Assembly (NCBI RefSeq): GCF_900095195.1
Contig: NZ_LT606950.1
Span: 967,207-999,206 of the forward strand
Origin: Polynucleobacter necessarius
Lineage (GTDB): Bacteria; Pseudomonadota; Gammaproteobacteria; Burkholderiales; Burkholderiaceae
Direction: 5' to 3'
DNA length: 32,000 nucleotides
The notes beneath the pieces were generated by a model. That model ran no database searches, was not told the origin of the DNA, and saw only the letters and a list, made by a program, of their open reading frames with translations. The translations under genes were made by a program, and so were the position numbers. Below are positions 13,136 through 23,853 of the stretch, in pieces (the stretch's first letter is position 1; every line of letters starts with the position of its first letter).

Positions 13136-13934
13136 ATGCATTTAAAGATCCGCCATCGCACCGAGTATCGCTACGAAACTCCAGTGCGCTATTCCATTCA
13201 AGAATTGCGCTTGACGCCACCCAGTTACAGCAGGGCAAGACATTGAGCGCTGGAAAATTAGCACCCCAATTAAAGCAAGCAATTCGATTGATACTTTTAA
13301 CAACGTGTGCAGCGTTTTTGTGCAAGAGGCCTCCTACACCTCAATGATGATTGAGGCAGAGGGAGAAGTAATCACGCAGGATGCTTATGAGTACATAGAC
13401 GATGCTAAAGCGGTATCGCCCTATTTTTTACTTCAGCAAACTCATCTAACAGAACCCTCTGAGGCGATGTTGGAATATTTTGCGGATTCGCTACAAAAAA
13501 AGAATTCAATCAATGCCATTTTGAAACTTGCCTCAGCAGTTCAACAATCCATTGAATATGCGCCGGGACAAACAAACTTTGCCACAACTGCTGCTCAGTC
13601 ATTTGCTATGAAATCGGGTGTTTGCCAAGATCATGCCCACATCATGTTGAGCCTATGTAGAGCCACACAAATACCAGCACGGTATGTCAGCGGATACTTC
13701 TTTGCAGAAGAATCCCCCAATCTAGTGAGTCATGCATGGATTGATTTTTGCAGTGATATCGAAAAAGGGGTTTGGGTTAGCGTTGATATTACTCATGCAT
13801 GTTTAATTGACGCGCGGCACATTCGCCTTGCCATCGGTCGCGACTACTACTCTGCGGCGCCTGTCAAAGGTGTGCGTACTAGCGGTGGCGGCGAAGAATT
13901 GACAGCGAATATCTCGATTCAACAGCTTGCCTAG
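13136..13934 (+). pseudogene. Transglutaminase-like cysteine protease family protein, single frameshift
   Basis: ATG at 13136 (MHLKIRHRTEYRYETPVRYSIQELRLTPPS) runs into TGA at 13244-13246. The family sequence continues in another frame from about 13230 (AGQDIERWKISTPIK...DTFNNVCSVF) into tracked ORF 13305-13934, which has the catalytic Cys motif GVCQDHAH and SHAWIDF. Confidence 0.8.
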
Positions 13935-14035
13935 AGCCCTAGGCACCCCCCTCTGGTAGCCCATGGAATATTTCAGGGATAATCTCAGGCAATGATTGCA
14001 TCAGAAGCATAGAAAGCACTTAAGGATTAGGTTAT

Positions 14036-14859
14036 ATGACGTATTGCGTTGGGCTTTGCCTAAAAGATGGTATCGTATTTTTATCGGATACCCGCACGAA
14101 TGCTGGAGTAGACCAAATTGGTACCTTCAGAAAAATGACCTTATTTCAAAAGGACAAAGATCGTTTTTTTGCTTTAATGAGTGCCGGCAACCTGGCTATT
14201 ACTCAGTCCGTTAAGGAAATCCTGTTGCAGGGTCAATCCATCAACGGCAAGAATCTGTGGACCGCTAAAAACTCCTATGAAGCCGCCGTTGTTGTTGGTG
14301 ATGCTATTAAGCAAGTTTACGAACGCGATCATGAGGCTTTAACTAAGGCAGGGCTAGATTTCAATTGCAACATGATTTTGGTGGCCAAGTCAAAGGCGAA
14401 AAACCTCGCCTGTTTAATATTTATTCAGCCGGTAACTTTATTGAAGCTACTCCTGAGACGTGTTACTTCCAAATCGGCGAATCCAAATATGGAAAACCGA
14501 TTCTCGACCGAGTATTAAATTTCTCGACCCCATTAAATTTGGCTACCAAGTGCGTCTTAATCTCCATGGGCTCTACTCTTAAGAGTAATATTTCTGTAGG
14601 GGCTCCACTGGATATGGTGATTTATGAAAAGGATGCGTTAAAGGCCTCTAAGCTTGTCACACTACTTGATGAAGAGAACCCCTACTTTGCCATGATTCAT
14701 CGTCTTTGGGGCGAGAAATTGCGCGAGGCGTTTAACTCTATTGCCGAACCCAGTTGGAGTGGAGCCAATAAGTCTGCTGCCATCTCCATGCCTGCTAAGA
14801 AAATGGGTGGCGTTCCCATTAATCGCCCACCTGTCGCAAAGCAAGCAAATCGCCGATGA
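14036..14859 (+). pseudogene. Proteasome-type protease (COG3484), single frameshift
   Basis: The N-terminus MTYCVGLCLKDGIVFLSDTRTNAG is good through LDFNCNMIL. One G is missing at about 14379-14381 (TTGGTGG where TTGGGTGG is expected). The continuation GGQVKGEKPRLFNIYSAGNFIEATPE is in tracked ORF 14365-14859. Confidence 0.75.
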
Positions 14860-14896
14860 CTAAGGCAAGCAAGCCGGTTAAAAAGATAGCGGCCAA

Positions 14897-14928
14897 GAAA
14901 AAGCCTAGGTTGCTTTCTAGGCTTTTTG
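14897..14928. terminator. Bidirectional rho-independent terminator between convergent genes
   Basis: The sequence AAAAAGCCTAG-gttgcttt-CTAGGCTTTTT forms a perfect stem flanked by an A-run and a T-run. It sits between the + strand protease pseudogene and the - strand ppsA. Confidence 0.6.
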
Positions 14929-14962
14929 TTACAGCTGAACTGCAGGGAATTGATACTGTAAG

Positions 14963-17367
14963 TTAGGCGTTTAAGTTTTTGCCCAGCATTTCCCAAGTCT
15001 CAACCACGCTATCAGGATTGAGGGATATTGAAGTAACGCCCTTCTCTACCAACCAACGCGCGAAGTCTGGATGATCTGAAGGCCCCTGACCGCAAATACC
15101 AACGTATTTATTTTGTTTGCGACATGCTTCTATTGAGCGAGCAATCATAAATTCAACTGCTGGATCACGATCATCAAAGTCGATCGCAAGCAACTCCATG
15201 CCCAAGTCACGATCTAGGCCCAGCGTGAGCTGTGTCATATCGTTCGAGCCAATCGAGAAGCCATCGAAATACTCTAGGAACTGGTCTGCCAAAATTGCAT
15301 TTGATGGAATTTCGCACATCATGATGAGGCGCAAGCCATTCACACCGCGCTTGAGACCAAACTTCTCCATCATGGCGATCACGCGCTGAGCCTGAGGAAT
15401 GGTCCGCACAAAAGGCACCATGATCTCGACATTATCTAAGCCCATGTCTTCGCGAACCCGCTTCATTGCAGAACACTCTAATGCGAAAGCTTCACCAAAT
15501 TCTTCCGAAATATAGCGCGAAGCACCGCGGAAGCCCAACATTGGATTTTCTTCATCGGGCTCATAGCGTGAACCATCGATCAACTTCTTATATTCATTCG
15601 ATTTGAAGTCTGATAGACGGACAATGACTGCCTTTGGATAAAAGGCGGCCGCAATAGTAGCAACACCTTCCACCAATTTATCCTCATAAAACTGACGTGG
15701 GCTTGCATAACCACGAGCCACACTTTCTACTGCCCGCTTCAAGTCAGGGTCAATGTTTGGATACTCCAGAACTGCGCGTGGATGAACACCAATGTAATTG
15801 TTAATGATAAATTCCAAGCGAGCCAATCCAACGCCCGCATTTGGGATTTGGCAAAAATCAAAAGCCAACTGCGGATTACCAATATTCATGGTGATCTTGA
15901 CTGGAATCTCAGGTAATACACCACGAGACACCTCGGTTACTTCGGTTTCAATCAAGCCGTCGTAGATATGGCCTTCATCACCCTCAGCACACGAGACTGT
16001 CACCACCATACCGTCTTGCAACTGTTCTGTAGCATCGCCACAACCCACTACGGCTGGCACACCCAATTCCCGAGCAATAATCGCCGCATGACAGGTACGA
16101 CCCCCCGGTTAGTCACAATCGCCGAAGCGCGCTTCATAACAGGCTCCCAGTTCGGGTCCGTCATCTCCGCAACCAACACATCCCCAGGCCGAACCCGATC
16201 CATCTCGCTCGGATCACGAATGATACGAACTGGACCAGCGCCAATCTTTTGACCAATCGCACGGCCTTTTGCTAGAACCTTTGAGCCACCTTTTAACTTG
16301 TAGCGCATCTCCACCTGACCAGCCGCCTGACTCTTTACGGTCTCAGGGCGAGCCTGGAGGATATAAATACGACCATCTTGACCATCTTTACCCCACTCGA
16401 TGTCCATTGGACGGCCATAGTGTTTTTCAATGATGACCGCATATTTGGCTAACTCAGCTATGTCGGCATCTTTTAATGAGAAACGATTACGTTTCTCAGG
16501 AGATACATCCACAGTTTGCACTTTCTCAGCAGATCCTTTGGGTGCAAATTGCATTTGAATTAACTTAGAGCCAAGCGCACGACGAATGATAGCTTTTTTG
16601 CCTTGGGCTAAAGTGGTCTTGAATACATAAAACTCATCAGGGTTCACGGCTCCTTGCACTACCGTCTCGCCCAATCCATAGCTCGACGTAATGAAAACCA
16701 CATCTTCAAATCCAGATTCAGTATCCAGAGTGAACATCACACCAGCAGCGCCCAAATCAGAACGCACCATCCGCTGAATACCAGCAGAAAGTGCTAATTC
16801 AGCATGGGCAAAGCCTTTATGAACACGATACGAAATGGCTCGATCGTTATACAAAGAAGCAAATACTTCACGAATTTTCTTTAAAACGTCTTCAATACCT
16901 TCAACATTCAGAAAAGTCTCTTGTTGACCAGCAAAAGAGGCGTCTGGGAGATCCTCTGCAGTAGCAGATGAACGTACCGCAAAAGATCCTTTGCCGGAAT
17001 CGTCCAACGTTGCAAATGCTTTGCGAATCTCTTCCTCAAGTCTCGGTTGAAATGGAGCAGTTTCAATCCAATTGCGAATCTCGGCGCCCGCCTCCGCTAG
17101 AGCACGCACATCATCAATATTGAGACCTTCTAAACGTTGTTGAATGCGTTCAGTCAAATTGTTATGCTTTAAGAAATCCCGAAAGGCTAATGCGGTGGTA
17201 GCAAAACCTGTTGGCACGCGAACCCCAGTAGAGGCCAACTAGGAAATCATCTCGCCTAAAGATGCATTTTTACCGCCGACAGATTCCACATCTGTCATGC
17301 GAAGTTGCTCAAAAGGCAATACATAGGCATTTGCCACACTGCTGCTTTGTTGCTGTTGATTGGGCAT
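14963..17367 (-). pseudogene. ppsA: Phosphoenolpyruvate synthase, nonsense plus homopolymer frameshift
   Basis: ATG at 17367 ([42 protein letters not shown]), then an in-frame TAG at 17239-17241, then [16 protein letters not shown]. At the C6 run 16101-16106 (G6 on the coding strand) one G is missing, so TNRG is followed by VVPVMRR... and a stop instead of [22 protein letters not shown]. The correct continuation is tracked ORF 14963-16066. Confidence 0.9.
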
Positions 17368-17473
17368 AAAATACTCTCTAAAGATAAGGAAACTGGTATT
17401 GCGGTCGCCCAAAATGCGACTTCATTTAATATGATCCTATTGTATTGCTGACCCCCTCTTTTAGGCCAAACTG

Positions 17474-18301
17474 ATGTCCACCGAATCCCGCATTGTTTTT
17501 ATCGTCTCAGACGGTACTGGCATTACCGCTGAGAACTTTAGCCAGTCGATTTTGGCGCAATTTGAGGCCAGTTTTAAGCACATCCGCATTCCCTTTGTGG
17601 ATAGCTTCGATAAGGCCCATGATGCCGTTAAGAGCATTAATCAAGCGGCAAGCAAGTATGACTACAGCCAATCGTTTTCACTACTCTGGTGAATTTTGAG
17701 CTCAATTCGATCGTAGCCAAAGCAAATGGTCTGATCTTGGACATGTTCCAAACGTTCGTCACTCCTCTTGAAGAAGCCTTGGGCATGAAATCAACCCATG
17801 CCATGAACCGTCTGCACCACAACGCTGATACCGAAGCCTATAAAAACCGTATCGAAGCGATTAACTACTCCCTCGCCCATGATGATGGGCAGTCGAATCA
17901 AAACCTGGCTGAAGCCGATGTCATTTTGGTGGGCATCTCACGTGTCGGCAAAACGCCAACAAGTTTGTACTTGGCCATGGCAATATGGTCTGAAGGCTGC
18001 AAACTACCCCCTCATTCCAGAGGATTTTGAACGTGGTCAACTCCCTAAGGACTTAATTCCATTTCGCCAAAAAATCTTTGGCCTCATGATTGATGCGGAG
18101 CGTTTATCCGAAATTCGAAATGAACGCTGGCCAGGGAGTAATTACGCCAAACTCGAGAACTGTCGTTATGAAATTAATGAAGCGACGGCGATGATGAAAA
18201 AACAGTCGATTCCTTGGGTACTGACGACTAGCAAATCGATTGAAGAAATCGCTACAACAGTTTTACAAGCCATCAAATCCGATAAAACGATCTTAGGCTA
18301 G
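17474..18301 (+). pseudogene. ppsR: PEP synthase regulatory protein (bifunctional kinase/pyrophosphorylase, DUF299), two frameshifts
   Basis: The sequence occupies three frames. MSTESRIVFIVSDGTGITAENF... changes frame around 17655-17667. [14 protein letters not shown]...[17 protein letters not shown] changes frame through an extra G at 17979/17980. The last segment is [19 protein letters not shown]...SIEEIATTVLQAI. Its TAG stop (18299-18301) overlaps the convergent neighbour's stop in a CTAG. Confidence 0.85.
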
Positions 18302-19146
18302 CCACTATTAAATTGGCTGACCCAGGCGCGACGTACGCGCACCGTCTCAAATAGGCAAATGGCTGCTGCAGTAGAGACATTTAAAGACTCTACCCGCGGA
18401 TCAATTGGTATCGACACCCCTTTGGCCTGCGCCAAAATATCTTCGGATACTCCCTGCCCCTCACTACCCATTACCCAGGCAATTGGATTTTGCAGTTCAT
18501 CACTTAATGAGTAGAGATCGCATTCTGCATCTGCAGTGGCTGCCAGCATAGGGGCAGTAACAGCACTCAACAGCTGTTGAGTAGACCACCCCTCATAAAG
18601 ATCTAGGAGACGATGCGCCCCCATGCCCGCGCGCAATACCTTCCCTGACCACAAATGCGCACAACCAGAAAGAGCTAACATTTGAGTAAAACCTGCCGCT
18701 GCAGCAGTTCGCAAGATAGAGCCTATGTTTCCAGCGTCTTGAATACGATCCAAGATCAGCAGATCACCATTAAGCGTAGAAATGGATTGTGGCGCAGTAA
18801 GACTGGAAGGCGGCAATGTCAGAAGACCCGCAATGTGTGGAGCATTGACCAAGTCACTCAGCAAATCCCATAAAGCAGGATCAAGTTGAAATACCTTGGT
18901 ATCAGGACAGTACTCAAGATGCTCGTAAGCAACCTGAGAAATTTCGGGATTTCGCAGACCAACCTCTGAAGTAATCAAGGTTTTCAGCGCCGGGTCACCC
19001 ACCCAGGTTTGAATCAGATGAATTCCCTCTAACAAGGTATGCCCGCCGGCAAGGCGCGCTTTCTGACCTTTTGCGCCAGTAGCTTGCAAGAGTCGAATTT
19101 CCTTGATTAAAAGATTCTCTTTTGAGGTAATGAGATCAAAGTTCAT
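18298..19146 (-). CDS. TrmH/SpoU-family RNA 2'-O-methyltransferase
   Basis: 282-aa ATG ORF with SpoU motifs DRIQDAGNIGSILRTAAAAG, WVMGSEGQGV and IPI...ESLNVSTAAAICLFE. Confidence 0.8.
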   Translation of the reverse strand: MNFDLITSKENLLIKEIRLLQATGAKGQKARLAGGHTLLEGIHLIQTWVGDPALKTLITSEVGLRNPEISQVAYEHLEYCPDTKVFQLDPALWDLLSDLVNAPHIAGLLTLPPSSLTAPQSISTLNGDLLILDRIQDAGNIGSILRTAAAAGFTQMLALSGCAHLWSGKVLRAGMGAHRLLDLYEGWSTQQLLSAVTAPMLAATADAECDLYSLSDELQNPIAWVMGSEGQGVSEDILAQAKGVSIPIDPRVESLNVSTAAAICLFETVRVRRAWVSQFNSG

Positions 19147-19149
19147 AGC

Positions 19150-19731
19150 TTATTTCGCAGCTGACTCGAGAACCTTGCGCACCGGTGAAAAACTTCTGCG
19201 ATGTTGATCGTAAGCGCCATATTGCTTTAAGGCTGCCAAGTGTGCTTCAGTAGGATGGCCCATTTGCTGAGCAAAACCGTATTCAGGATGACGCTCATGC
19301 AGAATTTGCACGCGTAACCTTAGCCAGAATGGACGCTGCTGAGATAGCTGGCTCCTTTGCATCGCCCTTCACGATAGCTTCGGCGGCAATAGGTAGTTCT
19401 GGGCAACGATTGCCATCGATTAATACCTTATCGGGCATTGCACCTAAACGTGTTGATAAATCCTCTACGGCACGACGCATTGCTAACATGGTTGCCTGCA
19501 AAATATTGATTGCATCAATCTCCGATGAACTAGCCTCACCAATTCCCCAGGCCTTCGCCTTTTCAATGATCTGCTCATACAAAAATTCGCGCTTGGCAGG
19601 CGTTAATTTCTTAGAATCTTTCAGACCCTCAATTGGCTGGTTTGGATCAAGAACTACCGCCCCCGCTACTACAGAACCGACAAGGGACCACGCCCGGCCT
19701 CATCCACGCCACAAATCCAAATAATGCTCAT
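19150..19731 (-). pseudogene. rnhB: Ribonuclease HII, two frame-disrupting lesions
   Basis: ATG at 19731, in an ATGA overlap with the lpxB stop. [17 protein letters not shown] is followed by a 1-nt loss at about 19678-19681 and stops TAG TAG at 19666-19671. The frame-shifted continuation is [39 protein letters not shown]...[10 protein letters not shown] short out-of-frame deletion around 19305-19318 comes before [20 protein letters not shown]. The usual HKGY motif reads QMGH. Confidence 0.85.
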
Positions 19732-20933
19732 AGGCCAGGTTGCGTCTTGCGCTGATTCGCAATCGCTTGCTCCACAGCTTGTGCAACCAATAAGCCTGTG
19801 GGACGACGCAAGGTTGCATGCATTTGCGCAAATCGCTCCTGGAGTTTTGCCACCTTTTGCGGATGATTTAACCAATCCTGAAGAGCGGATACAAAATTAG
19901 CAGGCGTCGCGTCATCTTGCAACAACTCCGGAACAACAAACTCCCCGCATAAAATATTAGGCAAGCCAACATAGGGTAAGTATCCTTGGCGCTTCATAAT
20001 TTGCGCCGTTAACCAAGGCACCTTATAGGAGATCACCATGGGTTTTTTCCATAGAGCCGCTTGCAAGGCGGCAGTACCGCTCGCAATTAGTACAACATCT
20101 GCGGCTTCAAGCACATCATCGGCCATACCATCAAGCAAATGTATCTGAATGTCTGGATTATTGAGTTTAGCTTTTAGCAATAATTGCTCAAGAGGTGTAC
20201 GCAATTTAGGTGTAGCTACTGGAATCAAAAAATGGAACTTCTGACCCTTTACTTGATCGACAAGCATTTGCATCGTCTCAAAAAAGACTGGGGCAATCAG
20301 TTCAATCTCCGAACCCCTACTCCCAGGCAAGACAGCTATAACAAGGCCATCGAAATGATCGTTAGTAAGTTGTAAGGTCTTGGCGACTCTCTGTCGCGCC
20401 TGTTGCGGATTGGGCTCAAGCGGTATCTCGCTGGCGAGCGGATGCCCCACATAAGTAGAAGCTATACCTGCGCGATCATAAATTTCTGTTTCAAATGGAA
20501 AGATACAGAGCATCCGATCAACCGCCTGTGCAATTTTTTTGATGCGGCCTGCTCTCCATGCCCAAATCGATGGCGATACTAAATGCAAGGTTGGTATTTT
20601 GGCTTTACGTAATTGGAGCTCAGCTCCCAAATTAAAATCCGGCGCATCCACACCCAAAAAAACATCTGGGCGACCCTCACCCAAAAGATTGGCAATCAAT
20701 TCTTTGCGTAATTTCAGAATAGTGGGAAGCTGCTTGATGGCCTCCACGTAACCACGAACACTTAATGTATCCATCGGCCAGTCGGAGCGCATTCCTTCTG
20801 CTTGCATGCGGGGGCCACCAATACCATACACCTCCAACCCAGCCATATCCGGAATTTGATTTAATGCACTTAGGACTGGCGCAGCAAGTAAATCACCTGA
20901 AGGTTCGCCAGCTACACAAGCTAACTTTGGCAA
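19728..20933 (-). CDS. lpxB: Lipid-A-disaccharide synthase
   Basis: 401-aa ORF with the N-terminal motif VAGEPSGDLLAA. The only start that keeps this motif is TTG at 20933, preceded by AGGA with 5-nt spacing. It ends with TGA at 19728. Confidence 0.9.
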   Translation of the reverse strand: MPKLACVAGEPSGDLLAAPVLSALNQIPDMAGLEVYGIGGPRMQAEGMRSDWPMDTLSVRGYVEAIKQLPTILKLRKELIANLLGEGRPDVFLGVDAPDFNLGAELQLRKAKIPTLHLVSPSIWAWRAGRIKKIAQAVDRMLCIFPFETEIYDRAGIASTYVGHPLASEIPLEPNPQQARQRVAKTLQLTNDHFDGLVIAVLPGSRGSEIELIAPVFFETMQMLVDQVKGQKFHFLIPVATPKLRTPLEQLLLKAKLNNPDIQIHLLDGMADDVLEAADVVLIASGTAALQAALWKKPMVISYKVPWLTAQIMKRQGYLPYVGLPNILCGEFVVPELLQDDATPANFVSALQDWLNHPQKVAKLQERFAQMHATLRRPTGLLVAQAVEQAIANQRKTQPGL

Positions 20934-20947
20934 AGTATTCCTATCTA

Positions 20948-21745
20948 TTAACGAATGATGCCGCGTGTGGAGGCAGCAATGAAATCGTGAAATTGGGCTA
21001 GCTTTTCAGCAGTAGCTTGATCGGCGGCATGAGCAGCAACCATTTTTTGTATTCCAGATTTGGCATCCTCAAAACTCAATCCATCCTTGTAAAGGACCTT
21101 ATAAGCTTGACGTAATGCAGAAATGGTCTCGCTTGAAAAACCGCGTCGCTTCAAGCCTTCAACATTAATACCATGCGGAGAGACTTTACCGCCTGCGGCA
21201 ATGACAAAGGGCGGGATATCTTGACCCAAGGCAGATGCTCCGCCTAACAACGCATGCTGACCAATTCGTACGAACTGGTGGACGCCAGACATACCACCCA
21301 TAATTGCCCAATCCTCTACCTTTACATGTCCTGCAATTTGGGCGTTGCTTGAAAAAATGGTGTGATTGCCAAGTTGGCAATCATGTGCAATATGCACATA
21401 GGCCATGATCCAGTTATCGTTGCCGATTCGCGTAATGCCCTCATCTTGAGACGTACCAGTATGAATGGTCGTAAATTCACGAATGGTATTGCGATCACCA
21501 ATAATGAGCTGAGTTGGTTCACCGCGATATTTCATATCTTGTGGAGGCCCACCTATTGCGGCAAAGTGAGCGAAATTATTATTTGCGCCAATTGTCGTGT
21601 AGCCCTCTATCACGGCGTGGGAACCTACTTTGGTGCCTGCGCCAATTTTGACGTTTGGCCCGATGACAGAATACGGACCAACCTCAACGTCACTAGCCAA
21701 TTCAGCTTTGGGATCAACTACAGCGGATGCATGAATCCGTGTCAT
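20948..21745 (-). CDS. lpxA: Acyl-ACP--UDP-N-acetylglucosamine O-acyltransferase
   Basis: 265-aa ATG ORF with hexapeptide repeats, the N-terminus [16 protein letters not shown] and the motif [13 protein letters not shown]. Confidence 0.95.
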   Translation of the reverse strand: MTRIHASAVVDPKAELASDVEVGPYSVIGPNVKIGAGTKVGSHAVIEGYTTIGANNNFAHFAAIGGPPQDMKYRGEPTQLIIGDRNTIREFTTIHTGTSQDEGITRIGNDNWIMAYVHIAHDCQLGNHTIFSSNAQIAGHVKVEDWAIMGGMSGVHQFVRIGQHALLGGASALGQDIPPFVIAAGGKVSPHGINVEGLKRRGFSSETISALRQAYKVLYKDGLSFEDAKSGIQKMVAAHAADQATAEKLAQFHDFIAASTRGIIR

Positions 21746-22194
21746 TACGCGCCTTTCGTACGAACGGCACAGGTAATGTTTGCCTCAGCGGCAATATCAC
21801 CGTCAACCGTTGCCCGCACTGCATACTTACAAATACCAGCGCGACCACGCTCCAACTTCGCAGTCATTATTAACTGATCACCAGGCAGAACCAGCTTTTT
21901 AAAACGTGCTCCATCGATACCAGCAAAGTAATAAATAGCATTCTCAGCACGCTCCTCGGAGAATGTCAACAATGCAGCAGTTTGAGCCAGCGCTTCAATA
22001 ATGAGTACGCCTGGCATTACTGGAAACTCTGGAAAATGCCCCTGAAAGAATGGCTCATTCATAGTGACATTCTTTAATGCCGTAATGGTTTCGCGAGGGG
22101 TAATTTCAAGCACCCGATCTACCAATAAAAAAGGATAGCGATGCGGCAACAATTTCAAAATCTTGTTGATATCAATCGCAATGGGTATACCCAT
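21745..22194 (-). CDS. fabZ: 3-hydroxyacyl-ACP dehydratase FabZ
   Basis: 149-aa ATG ORF with [13 protein letters not shown] and FFQGHFP.PVMPGVL motifs. It has a TAATG junction with lpxA. Confidence 0.95.
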   Translation of the reverse strand: MGIPIAIDINKILKLLPHRYPFLLVDRVLEITPRETITALKNVTMNEPFFQGHFPEFPVMPGVLIIEALAQTAALLTFSEERAENAIYYFAGIDGARFKKLVLPGDQLIMTAKLERGRAGICKYAVRATVDGDIAAEANITCAVRTKGA

Positions 22195-22239
22195 AAATTA
22201 CCCACTCAAAATGAATATAAATTGAAAGCTAAAACGGAT

Positions 22240-23307
22240 TTATGACTCTGAATTCTTGCGTTTATCCAATAAACGCAGGCGCTGTCGTATTTTATCTAGA
22301 CCGCGCAATATAGCGGCATTTTTCTCCCAAGCCGCATGTAGCATTGACGGATAAATACCCGTGAAATGCTGTCCCGGCTCGGTAATGGAGCGACCAATCG
22401 AGGTATCACCCGATACGGTTGTCCGATCTGCAATGCTTAAGTGGCCTGCAAAATTAGCGGATCCACCAATAATGCAGTAGTTACCGATTTTGGTACTACC
22501 CGATATGCCAGCACAACCAGCAATAACGCAACATTGCCCTATGACGACGTTGTGCGCAATTTGAACCTGATTATCAATTTTTGTCCCGGCGCCAATGATG
22601 GTGTCACTCATTGCACCACGATCGATGGTGGTTGAAGCCCCAATCTCAACATCATCGCCAATAATGACATTTCCAGTTTGCGGAATCTTGACCCATTCAC
22701 CACCCTCTGCTGAAAAGTCGGGCGCAAAACCAAATCCATCTGCCCCTATCACTGCGCCGCTATGAATGATGCAACGAGCACCGATTTTTGATCCTTGGTA
22801 AATCGATACGGATGGGTAAATAAGAGCATCGTCAGCAATAGCAGTGTTTCGAGCAATCGTGCTATTACCCAAAATACAAACACGCTCACCCAGCTTTACG
22901 CCAGACTCAATATTGATGAAAGGACCGATGTAGCAGGTCGAGGGAATGGTTACAGATTGGTCTATTACAGCGCTTGGATGAACTCCGGGAGCATGCTTTG
23001 GCGTATTTTGCTTTGCAAAATGTTGTGCCATTCTCGCAAAAATAGCATACGGATTTTTGGAAACAAAATAGATGCGCTTGGAGTCAATATTAACCTGACA
23101 TCCTTGCAAGAAATCGTAGTCCGCTTGACTAACGATGAGCGCACCCGCTTTACTCTCTGCAGCCTGCTGACGGTACAAAGGATTAGACAAGAAGGAGATG
23201 TGCTCTTTCTGAGCAGTCTCCAAGGGAGCAAGCCCGGTAAATCTTGGGGAGCCCTCCCCCATCAGGCTTGCTTGAAACTGTTCGGCCAGCTCAATGGCGG
23301 TAGACAT
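22240..23307 (-). CDS. lpxD: UDP-3-O-(3-hydroxyacyl)glucosamine N-acyltransferase
   Basis: 355-aa ATG ORF with an extended left-handed beta-helix hexapeptide region and a typical N-terminal domain. Confidence 0.95.
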   Translation of the reverse strand: MSTAIELAEQFQASLMGEGSPRFTGLAPLETAQKEHISFLSNPLYRQQAAESKAGALIVSQADYDFLQGCQVNIDSKRIYFVSKNPYAIFARMAQHFAKQNTPKHAPGVHPSAVIDQSVTIPSTCYIGPFINIESGVKLGERVCILGNSTIARNTAIADDALIYPSVSIYQGSKIGARCIIHSGAVIGADGFGFAPDFSAEGGEWVKIPQTGNVIIGDDVEIGASTTIDRGAMSDTIIGAGTKIDNQVQIAHNVVIGQCCVIAGCAGISGSTKIGNYCIIGGSANFAGHLSIADRTTVSGDTSIGRSITEPGQHFTGIYPSMLHAAWEKNAAILRGLDKIRQRLRLLDKRKNSES

Positions 23308-23312
23308 AAAAC

Positions 23313-23837
23313 TTATTTATGACTATTTAAAGTCTTGATGACATCGTCAGTAATGTCAGCCTTAGGGCTTGCAAAAGCTGCTTCTTGGACAATAATGTCG
23401 AGTTTTCTTTGCTCGGCGATTTGGCGAAGGACAGCATTCGCTTTTTCAGCAATCTTGGCGCGCTCTTCGAGGGTACGCTGATTCAAATCCTCAGTAAATT
23501 CGCGTTGTTTGCGTTGTAATTCACGATCTTGATCAGCCAATTCTCTCTGACGACGTACCCGCTCAACCTCACTCATTACAGCGGAATCACGATCGAGCTT
23601 TTCAGCTGCTGTCTGTATTTTTTGAGCGCTATCACGCAATTCCTTCTGGCGCTTTGTAAACTCATTCTGAAGGCGAGTCTGCATCGCCTTTGCCAAGTTG
23701 GACTCATTAAATACTTTTTCAGAATTGACTACTGCCACACGAGTACCAGCGTCTTGAGCAAAAGCTTTGGCAGATAAAAAAGCCAAAAAAGCTATAGCCA
23801 AGCCAACTTGAATCCATCTCGAAAAATGCAACTTCAT
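23313..23837 (-). CDS. skp: Periplasmic chaperone Skp (OmpH family)
   Basis: I chose the ATG at 23837 ([28 protein letters not shown] signal peptide). It is 174 aa, with a charged coiled-coil body, and sits between bamA and lpxD. Confidence 0.8.
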   Translation of the reverse strand: MKLHFSRWIQVGLAIAFLAFLSAKAFAQDAGTRVAVVNSEKVFNESNLAKAMQTRLQNEFTKRQKELRDSAQKIQTAAEKLDRDSAVMSEVERVRRQRELADQDRELQRKQREFTEDLNQRTLEERAKIAEKANAVLRQIAEQRKLDIIVQEAAFASPKADITDDVIKTLNSHK

Positions 23838-23853
23838 AAATTTCCTTAAACTA

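Noticed and set aside
14963-17367. ppsA as a functional split gene, or rescued by transcriptional or translational slippage at the G6/C6 run (16101-16106).
   Set aside because: The run is short for efficient slippage. An independent TAG at codon 43 (17239-17241) blocks translation upstream. The regulator ppsR is also broken twice.
21362-21877. Long antisense ORFs: 171 aa here, 175 aa at 22795-23322, 174 aa at 26362-26886, 125 aa at 28081-28458, and many shorter ones.
   Set aside because: Each lies entirely opposite a well-supported conserved gene (lpxA/fabZ, lpxD, rseP, dxr). They have low-complexity or odd composition and no recognisable motifs. They are shadow ORFs of the true genes.
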